Source: Terriglobia bacterium
GTDB taxonomy: Bacteria; Acidobacteriota; Terriglobia; 2-12-FULL-54-10
Reading direction: 5' to 3'
NCBI GenBank assembly: GCA_963666975.2
Contig: CAXVYR010000003.1
Span: 192,001 to 256,000 of the forward strand
Length of the DNA stretch: 64,000 nucleotides
Program-made: the position numbers and the translations under genes
The notes under the pieces: model-generated
What the model was told of the DNA's origin: nothing
Database searches by the model: none
The model's input: the letters and a program-made list of their open reading frames with translations, nothing else
Part shown: positions 1 through 9,861 of the stretch, one piece after another
How positions within the stretch are numbered: position 1 is the first letter of the stretch
Layout of the letters: each line of letters begins with the position of its first letter

Positions 1-521
1 ACCGTGTCGGGGATGTTCAGCGTCGTGGCTCCGGCCTCCACCGCCGCGCGGAAGCATTCGCACAGATAGGTCCGCTTGGTTCGGGTGGCGTCCTCGCAGG
101 AAAACTCCACGTCATCTACAAAGCTGCGCGCCAAGCGCACCGACTCTGCAATCTGCTCCATCGCCTGTTCCGGCTTCAGCCGCAGTTTGTGCTCCAAATG
201 AATGTCGGAGGTAGCCAGGAATACATGGATGCGGGGATGGCGGGCGGGCTCCAGCGCCGCCGCGGCTCGTTCGATGTCGGCTGGCGCGGCGCGTGCCAGG
301 GCGGCAATCGTCACAGACGGGCCAGCCGTGGCGGCCACTTGGCGGACAGCTTCAAAGTCCCCCGCGGAGGCAATTGGAAACCCGGCTTCGATGATATCCA
401 CGCCAAGCTCTTCCAACTGCCGGGCCATCGTTATCTTTTCCGCCGTATTCATGCTGCAGCCGGGGGACTGCTCGCCGTCGCGAAGAGTGGTATCAAAAAT
501 CTTTACTCTGTCTTCGCTCAC
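1..521 (-). CDS. leuA: 2-isopropylmalate synthase, N-terminal part (runs off window start)
   Basis: Manual minus-strand translation gives (M)[20 protein letters not shown]...[14 protein letters not shown]...[13 protein letters not shown] start at 521-519 with GGAGGT upstream. Not in the ORF track because it is truncated. Confidence 0.9.
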   Translation of the reverse strand, partial: MSEDRVKIFDTTLRDGEQSPGCSMNTAEKITMARQLEELGVDIIEAGFPIASAGDFEAVRQVAATAGPSVTIAALARAAPADIERAAAALEPARHPRIHVFLATSDIHLEHKLRLKPEQAMEQIAESVRLARSFVDDVEFSCEDATRTKRTYLCECFRAAVEAGATTLNIPDT

Positions 522-762
522 CGCTCACCTCCCGCCGGGATTCCCGATGCCGGTAAAAAAATCGGGCTATTCTCCCGGCTTGGTTGCTCCCAAGTCCCGC
601 CTCCGATGGAAGCATGCAATTATTCGGAAGTATAGCAAACGGCTTGCATGCAAGGCAAATTTATAGTTTAGAAGGTTATATCAATCCTGTTAATATCAGA
701 TATCCGTAAATTACTGAACCATAAATCACCGAACCGCTAGCCACGGGGGGCGGACAAAAAGC

Positions 763-1644
763 ATGGAACTCTCCCAATTGAGCATATTTTTGACGGTGGC
801 GTCAGAAAAAAGCTTCTCCCGCGCGGCGCAGAAGCTGGAGCGGACGCAGCCGGCCATCAGCCTGGCCGTGCAACGTTTGGAGGCTGAGCTGGGGGAAAAG
901 CTTCTGGACCGTTCTTTGAAGGACGGCACTCTGACCGACGCCGGGAAGATTGTTTCCGAATATGCCCTGCGAATTGAAAACATCCGCCGCGAGATGGCGA
1001 ATGCCTTAACCGAATTGCGGGATAAACAAACGGGCAAGCTCACCATCGGCGCGAACGAAAACGGCGCCCTCTACCTGCTGACCTTTATCTATTCGTTCCG
1101 CCATCTCTACCCGCGAGTGAAGGTGGAGGTGCGCCGCTCCTTGTCCCGCAATATTCCGAGCGAGGTGCTGGACAATTCGATGGACCTGGGCGTGGTCAGC
1201 TACAAGCCGGGAAACAAGAATCTGCACTCCCTGGTGATCTATCATGACGCGGTCGCTTTCATCGTGCATCCCCAGCACCGCTTTGCCGGGCGAAAGCAGA
1301 TATCCATTCGCGACCTGGGCGCGGAAACCATCATCGCCCACAACATCGCCTCTCCCTACCGCCAAATCGTGCTGGACGCATTTCAAAAGCATCAAGTTCC
1401 CCTGCACATGGATATTGAGATGCCCACCGTTGAGACCATCAAGAAAATGGTGCAGAACAAGATGGGCGTGGCCTTCGTGCCCCGCATGTGCGTGCAGACG
1501 GAGCTGACAGCCGGCGAATTGGCGGAAGTTCCCGTGCGGGAGCTCCCGGTGGCGCGGAAAATCCGTCTGGTCCATCCTGCTCATCGGCACGTCTCGCACG
1601 CCGCCCGTGCCTTCCTGGACCTCGTCAAGAGTTCCGAGAAGTAA
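763..1644 (+). CDS. LysR-family transcriptional regulator
   Basis: N-terminal HTH SFSRAAQKLERTQPAISLAVQRLEAELGEKLLDR plus LysR substrate domain; divergent from leuA. Confidence 0.92.
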   Translation: MELSQLSIFLTVASEKSFSRAAQKLERTQPAISLAVQRLEAELGEKLLDRSLKDGTLTDAGKIVSEYALRIENIRREMANALTELRDKQTGKLTIGANENGALYLLTFIYSFRHLYPRVKVEVRRSLSRNIPSEVLDNSMDLGVVSYKPGNKNLHSLVIYHDAVAFIVHPQHRFAGRKQISIRDLGAETIIAHNIASPYRQIVLDAFQKHQVPLHMDIEMPTVETIKKMVQNKMGVAFVPRMCVQTELTAGELAEVPVRELPVARKIRLVHPAHRHVSHAARAFLDLVKSSEK

Positions 1645-1660
1645 ACTCTCTGCCAGCCAT

Positions 1661-2089
1661 TCAGTTTTTTTTCGAAATGTCTTCGAGCAGCAGGCGGATA
1701 CGCGCTGCCAAGTCCTCCCGCACCCTGCGGAAGACCGCCATTCTTTGCTCCTCGGTGCCCCGGGCCGCTGCGGGATCGGGAATGCTCCAATGGATATTTT
1801 GGGATGCGTCGGGGAAGGCGGGGCAGGATTCCTTGGCATCATCGCAGAGTGTGATGAGGTAGTCGAACGGTTGCCCCAAAAACGGGTCGAGCGGCTTCGA
1901 GCGCTGGGAGGAGATATCCACGCCGATTTCGCTCATGCTCCCGATGGCGTCTGGATGGACCTGTGACGGCCTCGTCCCGGCGCTGGCGACTTCCACCGCG
2001 GCCTGCCCCAGATGGCGCAGCAGCCCCTCGGCCATTTGCGAGCGGCAGGAATTGCCCGTACAAAGAAAAAGGACCTTCACCGGCGGCAT
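1661..2089 (-). CDS. arsC: Arsenate reductase, LMWPc/thioredoxin-coupled type
   Basis: VLFLCTGNSCRSQMAEG P-loop, LCDDAKESCP cysteine pair, HWSIPDP. Start set at MPPVKV (2089). Confidence 0.85.
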   Translation of the reverse strand: MPPVKVLFLCTGNSCRSQMAEGLLRHLGQAAVEVASAGTRPSQVHPDAIGSMSEIGVDISSQRSKPLDPFLGQPFDYLITLCDDAKESCPAFPDASQNIHWSIPDPAAARGTEEQRMAVFRRVREDLAARIRLLLEDISKKN

Positions 2090-2090
2090 C

Positions 2091-3482
2091 TTAATTCTCT
2101 CTTCGCGCCGGGATGTCCGCGGCGTATTCCCAAAACTTCGCGACCGCGCGGACTCCGTCAAAGAAATTTTGCAGGTGGAATTTTTCATTGGGAGAATGCA
2201 GGCGGTCATCCGGCAGGCTGAAGCCCATCAAGACCACGGGGACCTGCAGCGTTTCTTCACAGCGCGCCACGATGGGAATGGAACCGCCGGAGCGGATATA
2301 GACGGTCGGCTTGCGGAAGGTCTCGCTCAGAGCTTTCGCTGCGGCCTTGACCAGCGGATGAGTGGCCTCCATCGCGACCGGCTCCGCGCTGCTGAGGTTG
2401 CGGACCTCGATGCGAAGGCCGGGAGGAGTGAGTCTTTCCACTTCCTTCTGAAAGGAAGCGAAAATTTTCTTCGGGTCCTGGCGCGGCACCAGGCGCATGC
2501 TCACCTTGGCCGAAGCCCTGGCCGGAATCACCGTCTTGGCTCCTTCGCCCGTAAAGCCTCCCGCGATTCCGTGCACCTCCAGCGTGGGTCTCGCCCAGAG
2601 CCGCTCCAGGACGGCAAAATCTTTTTCCCCAATCAGGCTGGTTGACCCGACCTCTTCCCGGAGAAATTCCTTTTCGTCAAAAGGAAGCCGCGACCAGGAG
2701 GCTTTTTCTTCCGGGGAGGGAGCCTCGACCTCATCGTAGAAACCCGGCACCAAAATCCGGTGTTCCGGGGAGACTAATTGGGAGATGATCCGGATGAGCC
2801 CCGTCAGGGGATTCGGCGCGGCTCCACCGTAGACGCCGGAGTGCAGGTCCTGGGCCGCGCCCGTGGCCACCAGTTCGGTGTAGACAAGCCCTCGCAGCCC
2901 GATGCAGAGGGTCGGCAGCCCCGGCGCAAACATCTCGGTGTCGGAGACGAGCACCACGTCAGAGCGCAACGGGCCGGGATTCTCCCGGACATAACGGTCG
3001 ATCGCTTCTCCGCCGACCTCTTCCTCTCCTTCAATTAGGAATTTGAGATTGACCGGCGGCGCGCCGCGCGTCTTGAAAAACGACTCCGCCGCTTTGAGGT
3101 GGATATACATCTGGCCCTTGTCATCGGCGGCTCCCCGCGCATAGATATTGCCGTCGCGCAGGGAGGGCTCAAAAGGCGGCGTGATCCATTCCTCCAGCGG
3201 GTCCGGCGGCTGCACGTCGTAATGGCCGTAGCAAAGCACGGTCGGCTTTCCGGGAGCGCCCATCCATTCCCCGTACACCAAGGGGTGCCCCTCGGTCGGA
3301 ATCCGCTTTACCTTCTTGAGGCCGGCCTCCCGCAACTTTTCCGCTACGAATTCGCTGGCCCGTTCGATGTCCGGCTTGTGCTGGGGCAGGGTGCTGACAC
3401 TGGGGATTGCCAGGAAAGCCTTCAACTCTTCAAGAAAACGGTCCTTGTTTTTTTCAATATAGGTCTCCACAGGCATGCTCAT
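2091..3482 (-). CDS. M20-family dipeptidase/deacylase
   Basis: YGHYDVQPPDP, ARGAADDKGQ, EGEEEVG, DLHSG and HSPNEKF motifs. Confidence 0.9.
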   Translation of the reverse strand: MSMPVETYIEKNKDRFLEELKAFLAIPSVSTLPQHKPDIERASEFVAEKLREAGLKKVKRIPTEGHPLVYGEWMGAPGKPTVLCYGHYDVQPPDPLEEWITPPFEPSLRDGNIYARGAADDKGQMYIHLKAAESFFKTRGAPPVNLKFLIEGEEEVGGEAIDRYVRENPGPLRSDVVLVSDTEMFAPGLPTLCIGLRGLVYTELVATGAAQDLHSGVYGGAAPNPLTGLIRIISQLVSPEHRILVPGFYDEVEAPSPEEKASWSRLPFDEKEFLREEVGSTSLIGEKDFAVLERLWARPTLEVHGIAGGFTGEGAKTVIPARASAKVSMRLVPRQDPKKIFASFQKEVERLTPPGLRIEVRNLSSAEPVAMEATHPLVKAAAKALSETFRKPTVYIRSGGSIPIVARCEETLQVPVVLMGFSLPDDRLHSPNEKFHLQNFFDGVRAVAKFWEYAADIPARREN

Positions 3483-3645
3483 GAAAATGGCTCCCCGGCA
3501 GGAAATTTTTCAGAGAGGCAGTATAGCTTGAAACGGCTGTCGCGGGCAGGTCCTCCGGCTGGCATCTTGGTTTGGGGGGCGTGTGGCAAGGGAGTCACCC
3601 GCTGCTTTCCGTTGTCATTGCCGGGGGAGAGGAAAGGAGTCTACT

Positions 3646-4590
3646 ATGGGAAGAAGAAAAGGGGTTGCCACGGACGTCATGCGGTTATCACGACAGGCAA
3701 ACAGGCTCGGGCTGCGGAGATATTGCGTAATTACGGTGTTGGGAGCGGTTTTCTTTCTGGCAGGCTTCGCCGGAGCAGCAGATCAAAAGCTGGTGCTGCA
3801 AGATGGCAGCGACCAACTGGTCCGTTCCTACGAGCGGAAAGGCGACCGTGTTCGCTACTTCAGCACCGAACGCCAGCAGTGGGAAGAGATTCCGGCTTCG
3901 CTCGTGGATTGGGAAGCGACCGAGGATGCCAGGAGGGAGATGGAAAAAATCCCCGAGGTCGCGCTGGAACCGGAGCCAGCCGCTCCCGAGCGATTTGCCG
4001 TTGCGCCTGGTGTCCATTTGCCCGAAGGGGAAGGCGTCTTCGTTTATGGCGGCGGAATTCTAAGAAGCTTGGTGCAATCCCAGGCGACGGTCCGGAACGA
4101 CCGGAAGAGATCCATCCTGGGCGCGATTATTCCGATCCCGGCGATCAAGGCCAAGTCCAAGGTGGAACTGGAAGGCCCCGCCGCAGCAATCTCCATTACC
4201 GCTTCCCATCCTGTCTTTTATTTGCAGATCAGGCAGCCTTCCCCGGCGGGGTTCGGGCTGGTACGGCTCGAGCAGAAAAAAGACAGCCGCGCCGTGGGCG
4301 AAATTCTGGTGAATCCTCTTACACGAAATTCTTCCCAATCGCAAAACGTGGTGCCGTCCGACTTGCAGGAAGTGCAGGCAGGCCCAACCGGCAGAGGCCC
4401 TGCCGTCATTCGCCTTTCACCTCGCGAGCCGCTCAGCGAGGGCGAGTATGCTGTAGTCGAGTTTATCGAGAGCGGCGAATTGAACCTTTTCGTTTGGGAT
4501 TTTAGCTACCATCCCTCGCCGGAGGCCCGGCTGCCTCGCGAAAGTCGGCCAAAACCCGTGCTGCAAGGGGAGAAGCAAAACAGGAGGTAA
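3646..4590 (+). CDS. Exported hypothetical protein
   Basis: AAGGAG RBS before ATG 3646; hydrophobic signal-like segment VITVLGAVFFLAGFAGAA; abuts the BON gene. Confidence 0.7.
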   Translation: MGRRKGVATDVMRLSRQANRLGLRRYCVITVLGAVFFLAGFAGAADQKLVLQDGSDQLVRSYERKGDRVRYFSTERQQWEEIPASLVDWEATEDARREMEKIPEVALEPEPAAPERFAVAPGVHLPEGEGVFVYGGGILRSLVQSQATVRNDRKRSILGAIIPIPAIKAKSKVELEGPAAAISITASHPVFYLQIRQPSPAGFGLVRLEQKKDSRAVGEILVNPLTRNSSQSQNVVPSDLQEVQAGPTGRGPAVIRLSPREPLSEGEYAVVEFIESGELNLFVWDFSYHPSPEARLPRESRPKPVLQGEKQNRR

Positions 4591-4591
4591 G

Positions 4592-5749
4592 ATGAAACAG
4601 ACAATCAATGTGAAGGCGACGCTCCTTTCCCTTATTTTTGTTCTGGGGATTGGGAGCGTCCCAGGCAGAGCACAGCAATCGCATCCCCGTCTATCGGATG
4701 CGATGATCCGAACCATGCTGGAGCACCGGCTGATGGACCAGATGGTGCTGCGCAACGACAACATTCAGGTTTTGGTGCGAGATGGCGCCGTCACCCTGGA
4801 AGGAACCGTGCGCAACGTGGCGGAGAAGAAACGGGCGGAATGGTCGGCCCTCGGGATTGACGATGTTTCCGGCGTGCGGAATGATCTGTTCATCGAGACA
4901 ACCGACCGTTCCGACCAGCAGATCGCCGATGATCTCGCCGGGGAAATCCGGGGCTTTGTGTTCTATGACGTCTTCGACTGGATCGAGGGTGAGGTTCGGA
5001 ACGGCATGGTTGCCTTGAAAGGGTGGGTGAGGGAACCGTGGCGCAAAAATGATTATCAGAGTCTTGCGGAACGGATTGTAGGTGTTCGCGGAGTGGACAA
5101 CTTGATCGAGGTCCTCCCAGCCTCTGCGTATGACGATCATCTGCGAATTTCCGCAGCGCGGTCCATCTATGGGGACCCGCGATTTGTGCGTTACGCCAGC
5201 CGGACGCTTCCACCGCTTCACATTGTCGTCGATAACGGGAAGGTCATCCTCGAGGGAGTGGTCGGCAGCCAGTTGGAGCGGCGGCTAGCCGAATCGATTG
5301 TGCGTCTGGGGGTGATGGCTCAGGAGGTGGAGAATCATCTGCAAGTGGATGAGGAAATGCTCCGCGCTGTCCAGGGACCGCCACCTTTGCCCGGCCAGCG
5401 GTTGTCTTCCAACGAAAACGATCCCAGACGCTACAACATCAACAATCGCTCCGGAAACTTTGAGTTTCGCGGCCGGATTGACGGCGAAGCGGTTTTCCAC
5501 ATTCGCGGCGATGCGGTCGCGGTGGAAGCGATTCAAGGAGGCCCTGTCCGTGTAGAGAGGTTCCAGTTTTCGCAGCCCATTCCGAGCCAGCCGCTAACGG
5601 GTTTCCAGTTGCGAAAGCGCGACGGACGAGGTCTGGTGGAGTTGCTGGAACAGCCCAGTCCCGATAACGGTTTTACGGCGGTGATCCGGGTTTTGGATGA
5701 AAGGCGCGGCGATGACCGCTATCACTTTGAGCTAAACTGGCGCCGCTAG
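4592..5749 (+). CDS. Multi-BON-domain periplasmic protein with an extra C-terminal domain
   Basis: Signal peptide; three BON-like repeats (VRDGAVTLEGTV, VRNGMVALKGWV, VDNGKVILEGVV); GGAGG RBS. Confidence 0.85.
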   Translation: MKQTINVKATLLSLIFVLGIGSVPGRAQQSHPRLSDAMIRTMLEHRLMDQMVLRNDNIQVLVRDGAVTLEGTVRNVAEKKRAEWSALGIDDVSGVRNDLFIETTDRSDQQIADDLAGEIRGFVFYDVFDWIEGEVRNGMVALKGWVREPWRKNDYQSLAERIVGVRGVDNLIEVLPASAYDDHLRISAARSIYGDPRFVRYASRTLPPLHIVVDNGKVILEGVVGSQLERRLAESIVRLGVMAQEVENHLQVDEEMLRAVQGPPPLPGQRLSSNENDPRRYNINNRSGNFEFRGRIDGEAVFHIRGDAVAVEAIQGGPVRVERFQFSQPIPSQPLTGFQLRKRDGRGLVELLEQPSPDNGFTAVIRVLDERRGDDRYHFELNWRR

Positions 5750-5789
5750 AGTGGATTCACCGGCAACGGACTTTACCCCAACTTTGAAA

Positions 5790-6509
5790 CTAAGCAGATG
5801 CGAAAGAAAGCAGGAAGCTCTTTTCCCGTCCCGCCCCGGCTGTGGTCTCTCGGTTTGAAAGGTAGGAGTACAAGCGGGCAGGACGCCGCCCGCGCCCGGA
5901 GGCAGTTTGCCCGTTGCTAGTCAGAATGTTCAGCGATAAAAATTTCTTGCGAAAATTGCGTTTGTCGAGCGAACGGCCCAGTATCCGCTCATAGGTCATC
6001 TGGAGTTCCGACAGGGAGAACTGCGGGGGCAAAAGGTGAAAGACAGCGGGTGTGTACTGAATCTTGTTGCGCAACCGCTCCAGAGCGTAGCCGACTGTCT
6101 CAGCCGTTCCCGGAGATAGAGCGGGGAGCTTGACCGGCAGGAACCAACGGCCCCGTTCCCCGCCAATGCCTGCTCCAGGACCAACCAGCACCAGGTAGGT
6201 CACTGCGATAGTGGAGGGATGTCTCCGAAGAGCCTTTCTTGTGAAGGTATATAGCTGCTCCATGTACAACCCCCGGCTGCCGGACCACTGTTTCAGCTTC
6301 CGTCGCGCCTCTGCATCGAGCGCGGGCACCGGGCTAATGAGGCTGCCGGGCAGCTTCCATCTTCCCGTGACAGACGGCGGCCCCGCCTTGGGTTCCAGCC
6401 AGACTTGGAGCTGCTCGGCCTCAACCCGGAGAATCACCAGCTCCAGCGAGACCCTGGAGAGATGTTCCTCCCCGCGTTTGTCCGGAACAGGTTTGCGAAA
6501 GGCTGCCAT
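5790..6509 (-). CDS. nrtR: NrtR-family regulator (Nudix-like domain + winged HTH)
   Basis: YMEQLYTF, LLPPQFSLSELQMTYERILGRSLDKRNFRKK and GRRPARLY motifs; last gene of the pncB-pncA operon. Confidence 0.88.
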   Translation of the reverse strand: MAAFRKPVPDKRGEEHLSRVSLELVILRVEAEQLQVWLEPKAGPPSVTGRWKLPGSLISPVPALDAEARRKLKQWSGSRGLYMEQLYTFTRKALRRHPSTIAVTYLVLVGPGAGIGGERGRWFLPVKLPALSPGTAETVGYALERLRNKIQYTPAVFHLLPPQFSLSELQMTYERILGRSLDKRNFRKKFLSLNILTSNGQTASGRGRRPARLYSYLSNRETTAGAGREKSFLLSFASA

Positions 6510-6578
6510 CTCGGTTTTCCTCCCGGCGGCGCGCTGCCAGGCTTTGTTCTCGTTGACGCAGCTCTTCCGCCTTCTCCG

Positions 6579-7202
6579 CTAACTGGCCGCTGGCACTGTC
6601 TGCCGGAGAACCTCTTGTGTTCGCAGAAGCCGGGCGCCGGCGTTTTGCATCTCTTGCAAAGCGGCTTGGCCGCTGCCCGCCTCAATTTCCCGGACGGCGT
6701 CCTCCACTACCGTGACCGGACGACCTTGCCGCAACAACCCCAGCACAGCCTCCCGCACGCAATATTCGGTGGCCACTCCAAAGACGACATACTGCCCGGC
6801 GTCAATTTTTTCAAACAAGAAAGCCGCATGGACATTGGTGAACAGGTCAAACTTCTGTTTTTCCAAGATCCATTGCCGGCAGCGGGAAATCTCCGCCGCC
6901 GCCGGTTCCGGTTGCCGCTCGTTTGGCAAGACCGCCCATTGCGCCAGGAGGGTTTCGGGAAGCTTTTTTTGTCCGGCGGTCCCTTTCACGCAGTGAGGAG
7001 GAAACTGCTGAAATTCATCGTCTGAGAGCGAATGCGCATCCACGCTGGAGATGACCGGCACATCGTGGTCGCGGGCAAATTCCACCAGCCGCGCCAGGTT
7101 GGGAATAATCCGCACCGCTCCCGTCACGTACAGACTTCCCGTGGGCAGCATAAAGTCCGCCTGTGTGTCCACGTCTACAAAAACCATATTGTGCTCTGGC
7201 AT
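6579..7202 (-). CDS. pncA: Nicotinamidase/pyrazinamidase (cysteine hydrolase)
   Basis: VDVDTQADF, DAH, FPPHCVKGTAG and GVATEYCV motifs; adjacent to pncB. Start could be 7187, 7202 or 7220. Confidence 0.85.
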   Translation of the reverse strand: MPEHNMVFVDVDTQADFMLPTGSLYVTGAVRIIPNLARLVEFARDHDVPVISSVDAHSLSDDEFQQFPPHCVKGTAGQKKLPETLLAQWAVLPNERQPEPAAAEISRCRQWILEKQKFDLFTNVHAAFLFEKIDAGQYVVFGVATEYCVREAVLGLLRQGRPVTVVEDAVREIEAGSGQAALQEMQNAGARLLRTQEVLRQTVPAAS

Positions 7203-7249
7203 GGCGCTTTCTCTATACATCTTGGGACGCCCTGAAGGAGGGTTGGCCG

Positions 7250-8641
7250 TTAGGAAGATTTCCCCTTGCTGCCTGCTCCTGTTGGCAAGAGCGTATAACG
7301 GCTGCGCACCTCCTCCAGTAGGTTTTGTAAAGCAGAGGACTTCTCCACCGGAAACGTGTCGCTGCCTTCCAGGCGGCGAAAATTTTCCGGCAATCGGGAC
7401 AGGTTCTTCGCCGCACGATCCCGGATCTGGTCCAGAGCGTGTGGTGGAGACACGCGCTTCCCGTTTTCGAGCACGGGTGTCAGCAGGCCCTCCGCTTCGG
7501 GAAAATCCTCAGAGGCCAAACCCAGCACGTCCCGCGTGTATTCTCCTTCCGGTCCTGAGAATCGGTAGACCTGCTTTTTGCCGGGATAGCTGATTTTGGA
7601 TTCGCTGAACTTGGCGGTATAGCGCACCCGTCCGCCGCTTTCGATCTCGGTGAGCTTGTAGACGCCACTCAGCGCGGGGGCGTCGCGGGAAGTGACCAAT
7701 TCCGTGCCGACTCCGAACAGATCGATAGGCGCATTATTATCGACCAGTGTTTGGATGGCATATTCATTCAGGTCGCTGCTGGCCAGGATCTGGGCGTCCG
7801 GGCGGCCTCCTTCGTCCAGTATTTTCCTTACCTGGCGGCTGTTTTCTAAAAAGTCGCCGCTGTCCAGGCGCACGCCACGAAAGGGCAGTCCCAGATGAAG
7901 CGCCTTGCGCGCACCCTCTGCCGGGTCGTAGGTGTCGATCAACAACACCGTCTTCGGGCCGTAGATTTCGGCGAATCGGCGGAAGGACTCTTCTTCCTCT
8001 TCAAACGACATGGTCCAGGAATGTGCCGTGGTGCCGTAGATGGGAATGCCAAGCTCGAATCCGGCGAGCGTGTTCGAGGTCCCCAGGCACCCTCCAATGT
8101 AGCTGGCCCGCGCAGCCAGCAAGCCGGCTTGGGGGCCGTGAGCGCGGCGCGTGCCGAATTCCACAACCCCCCGGCCGGTGGCCGCCTGCACAATGCGCGC
8201 GGTCTTGGTCGCCACGGTGGTCTGGTAGGTCAGCATGGCGAGCAGGTACGTTTCGGCGATCTGCGCTTCGACGATAGGCGCTGTCACCCGCAGCAAAGGC
8301 TCCTCGGCAAACACCACCGTGCCTTCGGGCGCCGCCCACAGCGTGCCCGTAAAGCGAAGCTGGGCCAAGAATTTAAAAAACGCCGGGCTGGCTCCCTCAA
8401 AGGCTGGATGCTTCCGGAGAAAGTCAATCTCGTCTGCTTGAAACGAGAGTCCTTGCAAGTATTCCACCGCCTGCTCCAGCCCTGCGGACAGCAAAAAAGA
8501 ACGTTGCGGCGGCAGGGTCCGTACGCTCAGCTCAAAAGTCGCCACGTCTTGAGACCTGCCGCTTTCAAAGTAGGCAGCCGCCATGGTCAGTTCATAGAGG
8601 TCGGTGAGTAATCCCAGACGATCCAGGGGAGAAGAGATCAT
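7250..8641 (-). CDS. pncB: Nicotinate phosphoribosyltransferase
   Basis: LLTDLYELTM, EFGTRRAHG, GTTAHSW, LIDTYD, GVRLDSGD and ALSGVYKL motifs. Confidence 0.95.
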   Translation of the reverse strand: MISSPLDRLGLLTDLYELTMAAAYFESGRSQDVATFELSVRTLPPQRSFLLSAGLEQAVEYLQGLSFQADEIDFLRKHPAFEGASPAFFKFLAQLRFTGTLWAAPEGTVVFAEEPLLRVTAPIVEAQIAETYLLAMLTYQTTVATKTARIVQAATGRGVVEFGTRRAHGPQAGLLAARASYIGGCLGTSNTLAGFELGIPIYGTTAHSWTMSFEEEEESFRRFAEIYGPKTVLLIDTYDPAEGARKALHLGLPFRGVRLDSGDFLENSRQVRKILDEGGRPDAQILASSDLNEYAIQTLVDNNAPIDLFGVGTELVTSRDAPALSGVYKLTEIESGGRVRYTAKFSESKISYPGKKQVYRFSGPEGEYTRDVLGLASEDFPEAEGLLTPVLENGKRVSPPHALDQIRDRAAKNLSRLPENFRRLEGSDTFPVEKSSALQNLLEEVRSRYTLLPTGAGSKGKSS

Positions 8642-8703
8642 TTTAGCGCGCTCCGCATGGCAGAATGGCTCCTGTTGGGGCTTCGGGGCAGGACTACAAC
8701 GAT

Positions 8704-8720
8704 AGTGTATGTCTTACACT
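8704..8720. promoter_or_regulatory. NrtR operator (GT-N7-AC palindrome)
   Basis: AGTGT-ATGTCTT-ACACT overlaps the predicted start site of the pncB-pncA-nrtR promoter. Confidence 0.8.
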
Positions 8721-8723
8721 TGT

Positions 8724-8752
8724 ATTATATCCGACGGCGGCCCAGCGGTCAA
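8724..8752 (-). promoter_or_regulatory. Sigma70 promoter of the pncB operon
   Basis: Minus strand TTGACC (8752-8747), 17 nt spacer, TATAAT (8729-8724). Confidence 0.8.
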
Positions 8753-9018
8753 GATCGTCGGCGCTCCTGCGCGATGTTAGAAGCCGAAGAGGTACGGGGC
8801 ACTGACGCCTTGCTCCCGGCGTTGTTGGATTTAATTCTGAAAGTAATCGTCAAGAGAGACTGACGTCATTCATCCAAGCAAGACTCCTCAGTAGTTGCTT
8901 GATTGATGATGGAGGAAGGAAACCGTGAAGAAGAACCCCGTTTCCGGAATGGATGTTTCCGCTTCTACCTGACTCGCAGCGGACTACACGAACGTCCGGC
9001 GGGTTGGCGCAACGTCCG

Positions 9019-9861
9019 TCAACTAGCTGCTTTCCACTCGCTCCAATCGTCGGAAGCGGAATGGAGAGGGTTGCTTCCGTCATCCAGTAGATGTTGGATT
9101 TGCTTCAGAATGTCGCTGGCCGTATCCAGGCTGAAGGAGCTGAAGCTATGCAAAATGAGCTCCGGCCGGGAAGTTGCCTCAAAGCGGTTCTCTAGCCATT
9201 TTTCCAGTTCCTGCTGGACACGGTGCTGGATGGTGGGGAGTTCGTCCGGGGAGATATCCGAGAGCACGAGAAGAAAGGAATCCGGTGACCACCGCAACAG
9301 AGAGTCCAATGGACGGCAGAGTCGCTTGAGTTGTCCGATCAGTTCGACCCACCGGTTTTCGACTAGCTTTGCGGGGATTAACTGGCTGGGCATATCCTGG
9401 GGAAGTTGCGCCAGATTGTGAAGAGTTATCTCCACAATCGAGAGAGGAACCTGCTGGCGTTTGGCCTGGCTGGCTTGGCGAAGCAGGATATCGCGGCAGA
9501 CGTCGGGGTGGTGGAATTGCGTGACGGGGTTGAGCCGCTGCACGCGGGCGGAGAATTCTTTCTCCAGCAGACGATCCAGGAGCCCGCGTTGCAAGCGGCT
9601 GGTTGTCCTGATCTTGCCCACCAGGTAACCCGCCGCCAGCAGCATGAGGAAGGCAAAAGCGCGCAGCAATTCAGATGTGTTTTCGACTGCGTCCGCCAGG
9701 GGACCTCCTTGCCGCAGTTGGCCATAGACAATTGCAACTATTCCCGTCGAAAGAACTGCAATGATTACGGCTGCAAAGATTCGCAGGTGGAGGTTTGCTT
9801 TTAGCAAGCTTTCCCCGGTCAATGCCTCGGAGTGGTTTTCTTGGCTCATCATTTCGCTCAT
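9019..9861 (-). CDS. Membrane protein with degenerate GGDEF-like domain
   Basis: Two TM helices, then RLNPVTQFHH / PLSIVEITLHNL / RPLD-SLLRW-SPDSF-LLVL in GGDEF register; purine-rich RBS before ATG 9861. Confidence 0.65.
   Translation of the reverse strand: MSEMMSQENHSEALTGESLLKANLHLRIFAAVIIAVLSTGIVAIVYGQLRQGGPLADAVENTSELLRAFAFLMLLAAGYLVGKIRTTSRLQRGLLDRLLEKEFSARVQRLNPVTQFHHPDVCRDILLRQASQAKRQQVPLSIVEITLHNLAQLPQDMPSQLIPAKLVENRWVELIGQLKRLCRPLDSLLRWSPDSFLLVLSDISPDELPTIQHRVQQELEKWLENRFEATSRPELILHSFSSFSLDTASDILKQIQHLLDDGSNPLHSASDDWSEWKAAS

Noticed and set aside
522-762. Leucine attenuator upstream of leuA
   Set aside because: No Leu-rich leader peptide found; only a GCATGCAA/TTGCATGC inverted pair and an AT-rich tract, too weak to call a LysR site.
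3099-4505. 468-aa plus-strand ORF
   Set aside because: Overlaps the dipeptidase antisense and an alternative frame of the 3646 gene; Arg/Gly-rich and lacks an RBS.
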